DNA of 64,000 bases from an uncultured Planctomycetota bacterium (GCA_963849325.1 CAWKHF010000005.1:288001-352000), one strand, 5' to 3'. Positions 22,427-33,870 are shown, counted from the first letter of the stretch. Notes: generated by a model from the letters alone, not told the origin. A program made the numbers and translations.

Positions 22427-22950
22427 ACGATCGCTGTCTTTTCCTGATTGGGCCGCGCGGCAGCGGCAAGAGCACGGTGGCGCGGCTGCTGGCGGAGCAA
22501 CTCGACTGGTCCTGGCTCGACGCCGACGACGAGTTGGAGAAGCGGGCCGGGCAATCGATTCGGACCCTCTTCGCCGCGGAGGGCGAGGCGGGCTTCCGCG
22601 ACCGCGAGTCCGCCGTGCTGACCGAGTTGTGCCGTTTATCGCGGCACGTCGTCGCCACCGGCGGCGGCGTCGTGCTGCGCGAGAGCAACCGCGATCAGCT
22701 ACGCACCTCGGGGCGCGTCGTGTGGCTGACGGCCGATGTCGAGACATTGTGGCGGCGCCTGCAGGGAGACTGTTCGACTGCCGAGCGCCGCCCGGCGTTG
22801 ACGGTCGGCGGCCGCGACGAGGTCGCGGAAGTGCTGAGGTTGCGCGAGCCTCTGTATCGCGGCTGCGCCGACCTCATCGTCGAGACGGCCGGACGTTCGC
22901 CGGAGGAGATCGCCGACGAGATCCGGCGCTGGGCGAGCGGGGGGCGTTAG
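22423..22950 (+). CDS. aroK: Shikimate kinase
   Basis: LIGPRGSGKST, FRDRE, VVATGGGVV, RPAL; GTGA overlap with aroDE. Confidence 0.94.
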   Translation: MNDRCLFLIGPRGSGKSTVARLLAEQLDWSWLDADDELEKRAGQSIRTLFAAEGEAGFRDRESAVLTELCRLSRHVVATGGGVVLRESNRDQLRTSGRVVWLTADVETLWRRLQGDCSTAERRPALTVGGRDEVAEVLRLREPLYRGCADLIVETAGRSPEEIADEIRRWASGGR

Positions 22951-22995
22951 CCCCCTGTTGCAAAGAAACTGGGGGCTAACGCCCCCCCGCTCGCC
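22932..22995. repeat. REP-like palindrome, family 3 (GGCGAGCGGGGGGCGTNAGCCCCCT)
   Basis: Inverted arms overlapping the aroK stop; other copies at 32513, 45855 and 51251. Confidence 0.9.
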
Positions 22996-23006
22996 GGGGA
23001 TACCCT

Positions 23007-24088
23007 ATGTTCTACCTCTGGCTCGCCGTGGTGTTCGTCCTCGGTGCCTGCGCCGGCGGCGTCATCAATTATTGCTTCTATCGGCTGCCGCTGGAGAAAA
23101 GCATCCTCTGGCCCGCCCCGCGCTGCGGCCACTGCTGCCAGCCCATCCGCTGGTACGACAACCTCCCGCTCGTCAGTTACGTTTGGCTGCGCGGCGCTGC
23201 CGGACATGCGGCGGCCGCATCCCCGCGCGTTACGTCCTGGTGGAGCTATTCACCGGCCTGCTGTTCGCCGGGCTGTTCTACGCCGAGATCGGGCGAAACC
23301 TTCTCGATCTTCGTTTCCTCAAGATGCACCAGGCGGCCATCGCGGCGGGGGACATACCGACCGCCGCCTGGGCCGTGTTCGCCTGCCACGCCGTACTGGT
23401 CAGCTTCCTGCTGCTCACGTCGCTGTGCGACCTCGACGACATGGCCATCCCGCTGCCGATCACGATTACGGGCACGCTGGTGGGATTGGCGTGCAGCGCC
23501 TTGTTTGCGTGGCCCTTCCCCTGGACGGGAGAACCCCTGCCGCCGGTCGGCGGTCAATTCCAGCCGCCCCAGCTACCGGCCGGCCTGTATGCGTGGCCGG
23601 TGTGGTATCCCCTGCCGTCCGGATTGCGGCCCGAGAGCTGGCAGCTCGGTCTCGTCACCGGACTGGCCGGCGCCTTGGCCGGCATGATGGTCATGCGCGT
23701 CGTCCGCTTCACCTTCGGTCTGACGCGCGGCATTGAGGCGCTGGGCGTCGGCGACGCCGACCTGATGATGATGGCCGGCAGCTTCGTCGGCTGGCAGCCG
23801 ATCTTGCTGTCGTGCTTCGTCGCCGCTTTCCCTGGCTTGCTGTTCGGCGTGGCCCAGTTGGTGCGCCGCGGCAATCAGGCGCTGCCGTTCGGCCCCTCGC
23901 TGGCGCTGGGCGTCGTGCTGACGATGTGGCTGTGGCCGTGGCTGAGCGCGTCCGACGCGCTGCGACTGGTGTTCTTCGAGCCGCTGTTTCTCGCGGTGAT
24001 CGTCGGCGGCGGAGCGGGTTTTTTGTTGCTGGCCGGCTTGACGTTTCGCTTCGTGCTGGGAACACCCAGGCAGGAGGGAAGCGTTTAG
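23007..24088 (+). CDS. A24 family prepilin peptidase (indel ~23195)
   Basis: CGHC..IRWYDNLPLVSY..CRTC zinc site, DLD and GVGDADLM aspartate motifs, LPFGPSL. Confidence 0.9.
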
Positions 24089-24141
24089 CCGCGACGCGCA
24101 GCGGAGCGCTGCTCGCGCTCCGCTGCGCGTCGCGGCTAAAC
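24083..24141. repeat. REP-like palindrome, family 1, carrying both convergent stop codons
   Basis: GTTTAGCCGCGACG...CGTCGCGGCTAAAC; TAG at 24086-24088 (+) and at 24136-24138 (-). Confidence 0.92.
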
Positions 24142-24738
24142 GGAAGGGACGCTGGGTTCGTCCGTTTGCTTCGCGGGCAGGGCGAGATGCCGGCTTTCTC
24201 CCCAGCGCTGCTCGGCCCACAAGGCTCCCAGCGCGCACGCCAGCCCCGCCGTCCAGCCGGCGAGAATGTCGCTGGGATAATGAACGCCCAGGTAAGGCCG
24301 GGTGACACCAATAAGCAGCGGCAGACCCAGTCCCAGCGCGATCAGCAATCCCTGGACGGCCCGGCGGCGCAGGCCGCACGCCGCCGTCAGGGCGATGGCT
24401 CCATAAATCGTCATCGAGTTGAGGGCGTGACCGCTGGGGAAACTCGCGTCGTGCGGACGCGCAACCAGTCTCCAGGCCACATCGGGACGCGGTCGATTGA
24501 CGACGTGCTTGACGGTCCAGGAGATGCTCACGCCGAGCAGCGCCGTCGCCAGTACGATGCAGGCGGTGCGCCGCCGACCATACAGCCAGAAGACCAGCGC
24601 CGCCACGAGCACGACGGCGAACAGCGTCCAGCGATCGCCCAGATGGGTGAGGAACTTCATCGCATCGTCCAGGCCGGGCCGATGACAGCCCTCGAACCAG
24701 AAGAGCGTGCCCTCGTCCACCGCCTGCAAGCGTTCCAT
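24136..24738 (-). CDS. PAP2 family phosphatase
   Basis: [15 protein letters not shown] and [12 protein letters not shown] motifs with TM helices. Confidence 0.92.
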   Translation of the reverse strand: MERLQAVDEGTLFWFEGCHRPGLDDAMKFLTHLGDRWTLFAVVLVAALVFWLYGRRRTACIVLATALLGVSISWTVKHVVNRPRPDVAWRLVARPHDASFPSGHALNSMTIYGAIALTAACGLRRRAVQGLLIALGLGLPLLIGVTRPYLGVHYPSDILAGWTAGLACALGALWAEQRWGESRHLALPAKQTDEPSVPSV

Positions 24739-24770
24739 CCCATCTCTCCCCAGTGACGCCGTATCCGACC

Positions 24771-24800
24771 TTGCCGTGGTCCCGACCGCCTTTCTACAAT
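24771..24800 (+). promoter_or_regulatory. Putative sigma70 promoter of rpmE
   Basis: TTGCCG-N18-TACAAT upstream of a GGAGAGG RBS. Confidence 0.5.
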
Positions 24801-24833
24801 AACGTATCTGTTTGTCTAGCAAGGGAGAGGACC

Positions 24834-25085
24834 ATGAAATCCGGCATCCACCCCGAATACGTCGAGGCCACCGTCGTCTGCGGCTGCGGCAACAAGTTCG
24901 TCACGCGCAGCACCAAGAAGAACATCACCGTCGAAATCTGCTCGGCGTGTCACCCGTTCTTCACCGGCAAGATGAAGTACGTCGATACGACCGGCCGCGT
25001 CGAGAAGTTCCAGCGCAAGTACAACTGGGACAAGCGCAAGAAGCCGGGCGAGGCCGCTGCCGCCGCCGAAGAAACCAGCAAATAG
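24834..25085 (+). CDS. rpmE: 50S ribosomal protein L31 (Zn-binding type)
   Basis: [29 protein letters not shown]. Confidence 0.97.
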   Translation: MKSGIHPEYVEATVVCGCGNKFVTRSTKKNITVEICSACHPFFTGKMKYVDTTGRVEKFQRKYNWDKRKKPGEAAAAAEETSK

Positions 25086-25093
25086 CTCCTTAA

Positions 25094-25181
25094 AATAGGG
25101 AATAGGGAATAGGGAATAGAGAAGAAGGAATCCCCCCCTCTTCCCTATCTCCCTATTCCCTATTCCCTATTCCCTATTCCC
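25094..25181. repeat. Inverted heptamer array (AATAGGG)n...(CCCTATT)n
   Basis: Read directly between rpmE and prfA; followed by a T-run. Confidence 0.93.
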
Positions 25182-25191
25182 TTTTTTAAGC

Positions 25192-26259
25192 ATGTGGCCA
25201 ATCTTCGAGCAAGCGCTGACCCGCTATCAGGAACTGGAACAACAGCTCGGCGATCCTGTCGTGGTCGCCGACCGCGCCCGCTTCACGCGCACCGCCAAGG
25301 AACACGGCGCCCTCGCCAAGCGCGTCAAACCCTATCTCGAATACAAGAAAATCAGCGCAGACTTGAGCCAGGCGCAGGCGCTGCTGGCCGCTGAGACCGA
25401 CCCGGAGATGCGGCAGTACGCCGAACAAGAGTTAAACGATCTGCGGAGTCGTCAAGAAGCCCTGCAAGCGCGCCTGGAAGATTTCGTCCTGGCCGAGGGC
25501 GAGACGTATGACAGCCTCATCATGGAAATTCGCGCCGGCACCGGCGGCGACGAGGCGGCCCTGTTCGCCGGCGATCTGTACGACATGTACACGCACTACG
25601 CCCGCGATCAGGGCTGGAAGGTCGAGGACATCTCGTTCAGCCCCGGCGAGCAGGGCGGCTTCAAGGAAATCGTCTTCGGCGTCAGCGGCGACGACGCTTT
25701 CCAGCACCTGCGCTACGAGAGCGGCGGCCATCGCGTGCAGCGCGTGCCCAAGACCGAGCAGCAGGGCCGCATCCACACCTCGGCCGCGACGGTGGCCGTG
25801 CTGCCGGAGCCGGACGAGGTGCAGGTCGAGGTCCGCGATCAGGACATCGAGTGGGAGCGCATGCGCGCCGGCGGCGCCGGCGGACAGCACGTCAACAAGA
25901 CCGAAAGCGCCGTCCGCATCTGGTACAAACGCGGCACGCCGGATGAGCTGGAAGTGAAGTGCCAGGACGAGCGCAGCCAGCACAAGAACTACGAGCGCGC
26001 CATGCGTATCCTGCGCAGCCGGATTTACGAGGCACAGCAGCAGAAATTGCACCGCGAACGCGCCGAGCAGCGGCGGACGCTGATCGGCTCCGGCGACCGC
26101 AGCGAGCGCATCCGCACCTACAACTTCCCGCAGAACCGCGTCACCGACCACCGCATCAATCTGAACCTGTACAAGCTCGACGCCATCATCGCCGGCAACC
26201 TCGGCGAACTGATCCAGGCCCTACGCGACTTCGACAAGAAACAGCGCCTGGGGAACTAA
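25192..26259 (+). CDS. prfA: Peptide chain release factor 1
   Basis: [14 protein letters not shown] anticodon-mimic motif, [20 protein letters not shown]. Confidence 0.97.
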   Translation: MWPIFEQALTRYQELEQQLGDPVVVADRARFTRTAKEHGALAKRVKPYLEYKKISADLSQAQALLAAETDPEMRQYAEQELNDLRSRQEALQARLEDFVLAEGETYDSLIMEIRAGTGGDEAALFAGDLYDMYTHYARDQGWKVEDISFSPGEQGGFKEIVFGVSGDDAFQHLRYESGGHRVQRVPKTEQQGRIHTSAATVAVLPEPDEVQVEVRDQDIEWERMRAGGAGGQHVNKTESAVRIWYKRGTPDELEVKCQDERSQHKNYERAMRILRSRIYEAQQQKLHRERAEQRRTLIGSGDRSERIRTYNFPQNRVTDHRINLNLYKLDAIIAGNLGELIQALRDFDKKQRLGN

Positions 26260-26270
26260 CTCAAAAACGA

Positions 26271-26399
26271 TTCACCACGGAAAACACGGAAAACACGGAA
26301 AAAGAAGAAGACAAGAAATCATTAGAGACAAATAATAGCCTTTTCTCGTCTCATTTGTTTTTGTCTTTTTTCCGTCTTTTCCGTGTTTTCCGTGGTGAA
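26271..26399. repeat. Inverted 9-mer array (CACGGAAAA)3...(TTTTCCGTG-like)3
   Basis: TTCACCACGGAAAACACGGAAAACACGGAAAAAG...TTCCGTCTTTTCCGTGTTTTCCGTGGTGAA around an AT-rich spacer. Confidence 0.9.
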
Positions 26400-26418
26400 A
26401 TGAGGAGAGGACCGAATC

Positions 26419-27300
26419 GTGAGGACGGAACAGCCGTGGACGATCGGCCGTTTGCTCGACTGGACGACGAACTATCTCGGGCAGAAGGGGGCCGAATCGC
26501 CGCGCCTGGACAGCGAAGTACTGCTGGCCCATGCGCTGGGCTGCAAGCGCATCGACCTGTACGCCCGGCATAGTGAGGAGGCGCCGGAGCCGGGACGACA
26601 GAAGTTCCGCGAGCTGGTTCGCCAGCGCATCGAGGGCTGTCCCGTCGCCTACCTGGTCGGCCGCAAGGAGTTCTTCTCGCTGGAATTCGAGGTCAACCGC
26701 GCCGTCCTCATTCCGCGGCCGGATACCGAATGCGTCGTCGATGAGTGTCTGCGATTGGCGAAGGGAATGCAAGGGCCGCGAGTGCTCGACATCGGCACCG
26801 GCTCCGGCTGCCTGGCGGTGGCCGTCGCCAAGCATCACAAGACGGCACAGGTGACGGCCGTGGACATCAGCCCGGAAGCGCTGGCCGTGGCGTCGGCCAA
26901 CGCGGGCAAACATGGTGTCGCCGAGCGCATTCGCTTTCTGCAGGGCGATCTGTTCGAGCCGATCTCCGCCGACGAACGCTTCGATTTCATTCTCAGTAAT
27001 CCACCCTACATCCCGCACGACGACATCGACAAGCTGGCTCCCGGCGTGCGCGATTACGAACCCCATCTGGCGCTCGACGGCGGCGCGGACGGCTTTGCCG
27101 TCTTCCAGCGCCTCATCGCCGAGGCGCCGGCGCACCTGAAGCCGGAGGGATATTTGTTGATCGAGATTGGTTCGCCGCAGGAAGGGCCGGCGCGAGAGCG
27201 GATGGGACAGCAGGGCGGATACGAATTGGCGAAGACGATCCACGATGGCTCAGGGCATCCGCGCGTGCTGATGGCGCACTGCGCACCGGTGAGGGGATGA
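26419..27300 (+). CDS. prmC: Release factor glutamine methyltransferase
   Basis: VLIPRPDTE, LDIGTGSG, SNPPY, EPHLALDGG; follows prfA. Confidence 0.96.
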   Translation: MRTEQPWTIGRLLDWTTNYLGQKGAESPRLDSEVLLAHALGCKRIDLYARHSEEAPEPGRQKFRELVRQRIEGCPVAYLVGRKEFFSLEFEVNRAVLIPRPDTECVVDECLRLAKGMQGPRVLDIGTGSGCLAVAVAKHHKTAQVTAVDISPEALAVASANAGKHGVAERIRFLQGDLFEPISADERFDFILSNPPYIPHDDIDKLAPGVRDYEPHLALDGGADGFAVFQRLIAEAPAHLKPEGYLLIEIGSPQEGPARERMGQQGGYELAKTIHDGSGHPRVLMAHCAPVRG

Positions 27301-27306
27301 AAGAAT

Positions 27307-27363
27307 ACAAGCCCGGAGCGCCAGCGACGGGTTCTTAACCCATCGCTGGCGCTCCGGGCTTGT
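27307..27363. repeat. REP-like palindrome between convergent genes
   Basis: ACAAGCCCGGAGCGCCAGCGA...TCGCTGGCGCTCCGGGCTTGT. Confidence 0.88.
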
Positions 27364-27373
27364 CGGGAGACGC

Positions 27374-28787
27374 TTACAGCGTCCAGCCGCTGCGATAATC
27401 GTAATGGAGGTACTGGTTGGCCTCCGAGTCGTTGGTGAACTTCATGTTCTCGCCGTCCCATTCGAGCTTCTTCTTGCTGCGGCGCATGGCGACGTTGCCG
27501 AGCAAGATCGTCTCGGTCAACAGTCCGGCGAAGTCGAAGTTGGAATAGGCGATCTCCGGTTTGTTTTCCATGATGGCCCGGACCCATTCCTCTTTCATGC
27601 CGTCGTCGCCCTTGCCGTTGCGCGGCAGTTTCCGCTGGGGCGGCTTGAAGCCCTCGAAATCCTTCTTCGGCAGCAGCTTGTACGAGCCGCCGTAATCGTC
27701 CGGCGAGTAGAGAGTGCCCTTGTCGCCGACCAGCAGCGAGCCGCTGTCCGGCGGGTTCTCGCCGTGCAGCAGGTCCTTGCCCGGCAGGTTCTTCTTGCGA
27801 TTTTTCAGCCCCTCATACCAGACGAACTTGACCGCCGGCATGTCGCCGCGCGCGGGGAACTGGAAGGTGATGGTCGCCCACATCGGATAGGTTTCCGGGT
27901 TGACGTCGCCGTTCTCGGCCGAGACGCTGGTCGGGTAGCCGAGCTTGAGGGCGCGGAAGGCCAGGTTGGCCGTGTGACAGGCCATGTCGCCCAGGGCGCC
28001 GGTGCCGAAGTCCCACCAGCCGCGCCAGGCTGAAAGGATGGTAGATCGAGGCATATGGCCGCTCGGGGGCCGGCCCGAGGAAGAGGTCCCAGTGGACGTG
28101 CTTGGGCGCCTTGCCGAAGGGCAGGTCCGCCGGCGTCTTGCCGCGCAGGGCGGCGAAGGCGGCGGTGCGGGCGGCGTCCACGCGCAGGATGGCGTCGGTG
28201 CCCTGCGGCCAGATGGGACGGTTGGTCCAGACGTGGACCTCGCGCACTGGCCCGATGGCCCCGGACTGGATGACCTCGACGCCCTCGCGCAGGCCGTTCG
28301 AGGCCGAGCCTTGATTGCCCATCTGCGTGCAGACCTTGTGCTTCCGCGCCGCTTCGCGCAGCTCGCGCGCCTCGCGGACGGTGTGCGTCAACGGCTTCTG
28401 CGTGTAGACGTGCTTGCCCAGTTTGATGGCCAGCATCGACGCCGCCGCGTGCGTGTGGTCGGGCGTGCTGACCGTCACGGCGTCGATCGACTTGCCCATC
28501 TCGTCGAACATCTTGCGGAAGTCGTTGTACTTTTTTGCTTGCGGAAACTTCTTGGCCTTGCCTTCGAGGTGATTGTCGTCGATGTCGCACAGGGCGACGA
28601 TGTTGCCGACCTTCGACGCTCCATCGACGTCGCTGCTTCCCTTGCCGCCGACGCCGATGCTGGCGATGCTTAATTTTCCGTTGGCGTCTTTGCGGGCGCC
28701 CTGCGTGAGTCCGCCGGCCACCCAGAAACCGATGCCGGCCAGGCCGGTCTGCTGGATGAACTGGCGACGATTGCTGCGTCGATTCAT
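27374..28787 (-). CDS. Tat-exported Gfo/Idh/MocA oxidoreductase (indel ~28030)
   Basis: NRRQFI leader, IGVGGKG, VSTPDHTH, QKPLT, QMGNQ, WRGWWDFGTGALGDMACH. Confidence 0.92.
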
Positions 28788-28888
28788 GGAAAACTCTCCC
28801 CCGTGGTGTGAAACGATGCTCCGGGCAAGCGCAAGTCTACGAGACGCGCCGGACGGTTGCAACAACTTCCCCGTACAAAATCGCATCC

Positions 28889-28953
28889 GTTTCGCCGCGA
28901 CGCGCAGCGGAGCGCGGGACAGACCCGCGCTCCGCTGCGCGTCGCGGCGAAAC
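28889..28953. repeat. REP-like palindrome, family 1
   Basis: GTTTCGCCGCGACGCGCAGCGGAGCG...GCGGCGAAAC, abutting the glnA stop. Confidence 0.9.
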
Positions 28954-30367
28954 TCAAATGTCGTAATACAAATAGAACTCATACGGATGCGGCCGTAGCC
29001 GGATGGCATCGACCTCCTTCTCGCTCTTGTACCAGATCCAGGTGTCGATCACGTCGGCGGTGAACACGTCGCCTTGCAGCAAAAACTCGTGGTCCTTGCG
29101 CAGGTTGCGCAGCGCCTCGTCCAGCGAGCCGGGCGTCTTGGGCACCTTGGCCAATTCCTCCGGTTCCAGATCGTAAATGTCCTTGTCGAGCGGTTCGCCC
29201 GGCTTCATCTTGTTCTTGATGCCGTCGAGCATGGCCATCAGCATGGCCGAAAAGGCGAGGTAGGGGTTGCACGAACCGTCCGGGCAGCGGAATTCGATGC
29301 GCTTGGCCTTCCAGTGCGGCGAATAGACCGGAATGCGGATCGACGCCGAACGGTTGCGGCGGCTGTAAGCGAGGTTGACCGGCGCCTCGTAGCCGGGCAC
29401 CAGGCGCTTGTAACTGTTGGTCGTCGGATTGGTGATGGCGCACAGGGCCGGCGCATGCCGCAGCAGTCCGCCGATGGCGTACATGGCCTGGTCGGACAGG
29501 CCGGCGTAGCCGGAGCCGGCGAACAGGTTCTTGCCTTCCTTCCACAACGACGTGTGGACGTGCATGCCGGTGCCGTTGTCCATGAACAGCGGCTTGGGCA
29601 TGAACGTCGCCGTCTTGCCGTGCTTCTTGGCCACGTTCTTGACGATGTACTTGTACTTCAGGACGTTGTCGGCCATTTCGACCAGCGGAGCGTACTTCAT
29701 GTCGATCTCGCCCTGGCCGCCGGTGGCGACCTCGTGGTGCTGGGCCTCGACCTTCAGGCCGCACTCGATCATGGTCAGCATCATCTCGGTGCGCAGGTCG
29801 TGCAGGGCGTCCGACGGCGGACAGGGGAAGTAGCCTTCCTTGTAGCGCAGCTTGTAGCCGAGGTTCGGCTTCTCGTCGCGGCCGGTGTTCCAGGCGCCCT
29901 CGACGCGAGTCGAGGAAGTAGTAGCCGGAATGCTGGTTCTGATCGTAGCGAACGTCGTCGAAGACGAAGAACTCCAATTCGGGTCCGAAATAGGCGGTGT
30001 CGGCGATGCCGGTCGTCTTCATGTAGTTGACGGCCTTGCGGGCGACGTTGCGCGGATCGCGCGTGTAGTCCTCCTTGGTGAGCGGGTCCTGAATGTTGCA
30101 GATCATGGTCAGCGTGCGATCGTGGCAGAACGGATCGAGGAAGGCGGTCTCGGCCACGGGCACGACGAGCATGTCCGACTCGTTGATGGCCTGCCAACCG
30201 CGGATGCTGGAGCCGTCGAAGCCCAGTCCTTCCTCGAAGACGTGTTCCTCCAGCGCCTCGGCCGGGATGGTGAAGTGCTGCCACAGGCCGGGGAAGTCCA
30301 TGAAGCGCAGATCGACGGCCCGCACTTCTTTTTCGCGGATCAGGGCCAGGATTTCTTTCGGGGTCAC
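28954..30367 (-). CDS. glnA: Glutamine synthetase type I (indel ~29905)
   Basis: [54 protein letters not shown], adenylylation-site DKDIYDL. Confidence 0.96.
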
Positions 30368-30481
30368 GACGCCCTCCACTGCGTTGGGGTTTGGAGATCG
30401 GGATGCGCCGCCATCCCGCAAAAGACGGTTACAGGACGTGTTATGAAATTCAACCCCTTTCGGCGAGCGGAGCAACTCTCC

Positions 30482-30556
30482 TCCGAGCCTGAAGCGTAAG
30501 CGAAGAGCGCGACAACCGAAGGTTGTCGCGCTCTTCGCTTACGCTTCAGGCTCGGA
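30482..30556. repeat. REP-like palindrome, family 2
   Basis: Near-identical to 17483-17557. Confidence 0.92.
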
Positions 30557-30634
30557 AAAACGAGATCTTTACTGGACGAATGGACTCGGGATACGCTAAC
30601 GTAGGATGTCGCCGCCACGCCTGGAGCCGCGAGC

Positions 30635-32494
30635 ATGCGCGCACGTTTGATCGTCGAGTCCGGCGCGGCCACGCCGCGAGTGTCGGAGCTTCTGGCCCAG
30701 CAGACCATTCGCCTGGGCCGCAATAGCAAAAACGGCGTCGTCGTGGACGACCCGCACGCCTCGCGCTGGCACGCCGAAGTCTACAGCGAAGGCAACCGCT
30801 GGTACGTCCGCGACCGCGAAACGACCAACGGCACGCGCGTCAACGGTGTCAAGATCCAGCAGCCAACCCTGCTGGAGAACAACCACGTCGTCAGCATCGG
30901 CGATACCCGTCTGCGCTTCACGCTCGATTCCTCCGGCGAGGGAACGGCCGAGCTGCCCGTGCTGGTGAAGTCGCCGAAGACGGACGACTCGTTTCACGCG
31001 ACGGTGAACGGCGGCGAGATCAGTCAAACCATCCTGCACGCCGACGAGCTGACGGCCCTGCTGGGCTTCATGACCGGGTCGCTGACGGAGACGACGCCGC
31101 ACGGCCTGGTCAGCCTGGCCCTGACGACGGTACTGCGGCAAACGCTGGCCACCGTGGCCGGCTTCCTCAGCCTGGACGCCGAGGAACCGCACTTTCGCCT
31201 GGTGCTGCCGGCGCAGACGGAAGTGGATACGCAGCTGAGCCGACAACTGACGCAGCGCGTGATGCGCGAGCAGCGGGCGGTGTGGCTCGGCGCGGATCGC
31301 ACCAACACCCTGGACAGCGATAGCTTGGCCGCTTTCCACGACGCCGTGTGCATTCCCCTGCGCACCGGCCGGACGACGGCCGGAGAGGACGCCGCCGAGG
31401 CGCTGGGAGCGCTGCACGTCTACAAGAGCAATCGCCAATTCAACGAGCGCGAGGTGCGCTTCTGCGAAGTGCTGGCCGGCTGCCTGGCCGGTGCCTTGCA
31501 TGTTCTCCGTACTCGCCGCGCCCTGGAGGCCGACAATTCACGCCTCCGCGATCACGTCCCCGGCTCCAACGACATCCTCGTCGGCGACAGCCCGGCCATG
31601 AAGCAGCTGCGCCAGCAGATCGCCCAGCTCGCGCGCCTGCCCAGCACCCTGCTCATCAGCGGCGAGAGCGGCGTCGGCAAGGAGTTGGTGGCCATCAGTC
31701 TACACCAGCAGAGTCCGCGCCGCGCGGGACCGCTGGTCACCCTCAACTGCGCCGTCATTCCCGCCGCGCTGGCCGAGTCGGAGTTGTTCGGCCACGAAAA
31801 GGGCGCCTTCAGCGGCGCCGATCACCAGCGACAGGGCTGCTTCCTCGCCGCCGACCAGGGCACGCTGTTTCTGGACGAGATCGGCGAGATGCCGCTGGCC
31901 GAGCAGGCCAAGCTGCTGCGCGTGTTGGAGACCAAGAGCCTCCGTCACGTCGGCGGCGACGAGGAAGTTCCGGTGGACGTGCGCATCCTCGCCGCCACCA
32001 ACCGCGACCTCAAACGCGAGATGCAGGACAATCGCTTTCGCAAGGACCTCTTTTTCCGGCTGGGCACGACCATCCACGTGCCGCCGCTGCGCGAACACCT
32101 GGAGGACGTTCCGGCGCTGGTCGAGCACTTCCTGGGGCGGCTGTCGGTCGAGTATCGCCGCCGCCTGAGCATGTCGGAGCCGGCCATGCAGCGCTTGCAG
32201 ACGTATTCCTGGCCGGGCAACGTGCGGCAGCTGCGCTCCGTGCTGGAGACGGCGGTGGCGACGACGGAAGGCAGCGTCCTGCCGGCGCGCAGCCTGCACC
32301 TGCTGGACGAACCGGCCGAGGCGGCGCCGGAGCAGTTACCGACGTTGAACCTGGAAGAGCTGGAAGCGCGAGCCATCCGCCAGGCGCTGGAGCAAACCGG
32401 CGGCAACAATACGCAGACCGCCCGCCTGCTGGGCATTCATCGCGACACGCTCATCACGAAGCTGAAGAAGTACGGAATTGATCGCAAGACATGA
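30635..32494 (+). CDS. FHA-GAF-AAA+-HTH sigma-54-dependent activator
   Basis: FHA (LGR..SRWHA..NGT), GAF-like middle, [30 protein letters not shown], Fis-type HTH. Confidence 0.94.
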   Translation: MRARLIVESGAATPRVSELLAQQTIRLGRNSKNGVVVDDPHASRWHAEVYSEGNRWYVRDRETTNGTRVNGVKIQQPTLLENNHVVSIGDTRLRFTLDSSGEGTAELPVLVKSPKTDDSFHATVNGGEISQTILHADELTALLGFMTGSLTETTPHGLVSLALTTVLRQTLATVAGFLSLDAEEPHFRLVLPAQTEVDTQLSRQLTQRVMREQRAVWLGADRTNTLDSDSLAAFHDAVCIPLRTGRTTAGEDAAEALGALHVYKSNRQFNEREVRFCEVLAGCLAGALHVLRTRRALEADNSRLRDHVPGSNDILVGDSPAMKQLRQQIAQLARLPSTLLISGESGVGKELVAISLHQQSPRRAGPLVTLNCAVIPAALAESELFGHEKGAFSGADHQRQGCFLAADQGTLFLDEIGEMPLAEQAKLLRVLETKSLRHVGGDEEVPVDVRILAATNRDLKREMQDNRFRKDLFFRLGTTIHVPPLREHLEDVPALVEHFLGRLSVEYRRRLSMSEPAMQRLQTYSWPGNVRQLRSVLETAVATTEGSVLPARSLHLLDEPAEAAPEQLPTLNLEELEARAIRQALEQTGGNNTQTARLLGIHRDTLITKLKKYGIDRKT

Positions 32495-32512
32495 AAGCCG
32501 CGTGATACGAAA

Positions 32513-32586
32513 TGGCGAGCGGGGGGCGTCAGCCCCCTGTTGCTTCTAGCAGGAAGCAACAGGGGGCTGACGCCCCCCGCTCGCCA
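32513..32586. repeat. REP-like palindrome, family 3
   Basis: TGGCGAGCGGGGGGCGTCAGCCCCCTGTT...AACAGGGGGCTGACGCCCCCCGCTCGCCA. Confidence 0.92.
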
Positions 32587-32602
32587 GGAGACGGCGCGGC
32601 GT

Positions 32603-32836
32603 TTACACGCGGCCCGTCGAGTCGGCGGGTTTGTTCAGGACAACGGTCGCCGGGGCCGGCGGTTCGCTGGAGTTTTTGCCGTGAATGGCATCGTAGACCT
32701 CCTGGCGATGGACCGGTACTTCCTTGGGCGCGACAATGCCCAGGCGGACTTTATCGCCGCGAATCTCCACCACGGTCACGATGATGTCGTTGTTGATGAC
32801 GATACTTTCGTTTTTTTTCCTGGACAGTACTAGCAT
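32603..32836 (-). CDS. csrA: Carbon storage regulator CsrA
   Basis: MLVLSRKKNESIVI...VRLGIVAPKEVPVHRQEVY. Confidence 0.97.
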   Translation of the reverse strand: MLVLSRKKNESIVINNDIIVTVVEIRGDKVRLGIVAPKEVPVHRQEVYDAIHGKNSSEPPAPATVVLNKPADSTGRV

Positions 32837-33081
32837 CGCCGCCTATCCTTTTCAAAGTCGTGAGGCCGGGCTTGGTTTGGTTGCGGCTTGCTGGTGGGCC
32901 GAGATTGGCTACACTACCACGCTCCAAAGCCTCAACGGGGTTGGAGGAACTTCGCAAGACACGCCGGTGAAGATCCCCTTCCCCTGCTGGAGCCAGCCGC
33001 GGGTCTCGGCAGAGGGGTCCGTCCGTCGATCCACCCGGCCGGATTGCAACCCCTGACTGCGCCGAGAGTTCATCACATTTC

Positions 33082-33110
33082 AATCTATCCGTGCGCGCCG
33101 AGGCCGTCAA
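33082..33110 (-). promoter_or_regulatory. Sigma70-like promoter of csrA
   Basis: TTGACG-N17-TAGATT with an A-rich upstream tract. Confidence 0.65.
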
Positions 33111-33289
33111 GGGGCTGTCACCCTTCTTTTTTCATTTTTTTCTCGTTTTGGCATGGCAGCTGGTCGGGCGCGGGAGGGTTCGACACGGGTTGCTCTTGTC
33201 CGCGCCGGCCCAATCGTTATCGTGGGAACGTGACCCGCGCTTCGCTGGAGGCGTTGGCGGGCCGCACGCCCGGTCCAGGAGGAGCAGGG

Positions 33290-33821
33290 ATGCCGCCAGC
33301 GGAAGCAAAATACCCAGGCCGAGTCCTTTATGCCGCTCGTGGCCGGCCTGACGATCCTCCAGGGCGGATGTCTGCTGGCCCTGGCGGGCGTGGCGGCCAC
33401 CGGCGCCGCCACCGGCTACCTGTACTGCAAGGGCCGCGTCTACCGCGATTACCCCGCTGCCCTGCCCGACGTCCGCAACGCCGTCCACGCCGCCCTGCTC
33501 GATCTGCACTTTCTCATCTTCACCGAGGAAGCCAAGGACGGCAAAGCGTTCCTCGTCACCAAGACGACCACCGGCAAGAAGGTGCGCGTTTATCTCGACT
33601 GCCTGAGCAGTCCCATTCCGGCCGAGGGGTTGGTCACGCGCGTGTCGATCCGGGTGGCGGCCTTCGGCGACGAGGCCGTCAGCGTGCGCATTCTCGATCA
33701 GGTCGGTTGGCGCCTGGCTCATCCGCCGGTGATCGTAGCGCCGCCCGGTCCCGCTCCCATCCAGCAGACCTCCGCCGTCGAACCGCCGCTCGCGCCGCCG
33801 CAGCCGCTGAAAGCCAAGTGA
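33290..33821 (+). CDS. DUF3568-like lipoprotein (start uncertain: 33290 with an indel, or 33330)
   Basis: LQGGC lipobox-like motif, AATGAATGYLY..G, RVSIRVAAFGDEAVSVRILDQV. Confidence 0.7.
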
Positions 33822-33870
33822 GTCTCGTTAAACCCTTTCCTCCCGCGAACGGCCGCGATAGGATCGGGCT

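Noticed and set aside
23007-24088. Prepilin peptidase as the processing enzyme for the exoprotein leaders
   Set aside because: It is 12 kb away in the aro operon, and the LEDR leaders lack the G|FxxxE plus hydrophobic pilin pattern.
30395-30420. Hairpin in the glnA leader as a glutamine riboswitch
   Set aside because: Only a simple 7-8 bp stem; I cannot see the three-way junction or conserved nucleotides of the glnA motif.
33148-33164. TTGGCATGGCAGCTGGT as a sigma-54 promoter
   Set aside because: The -24 element fits but the essential -12 GC is replaced by GG.
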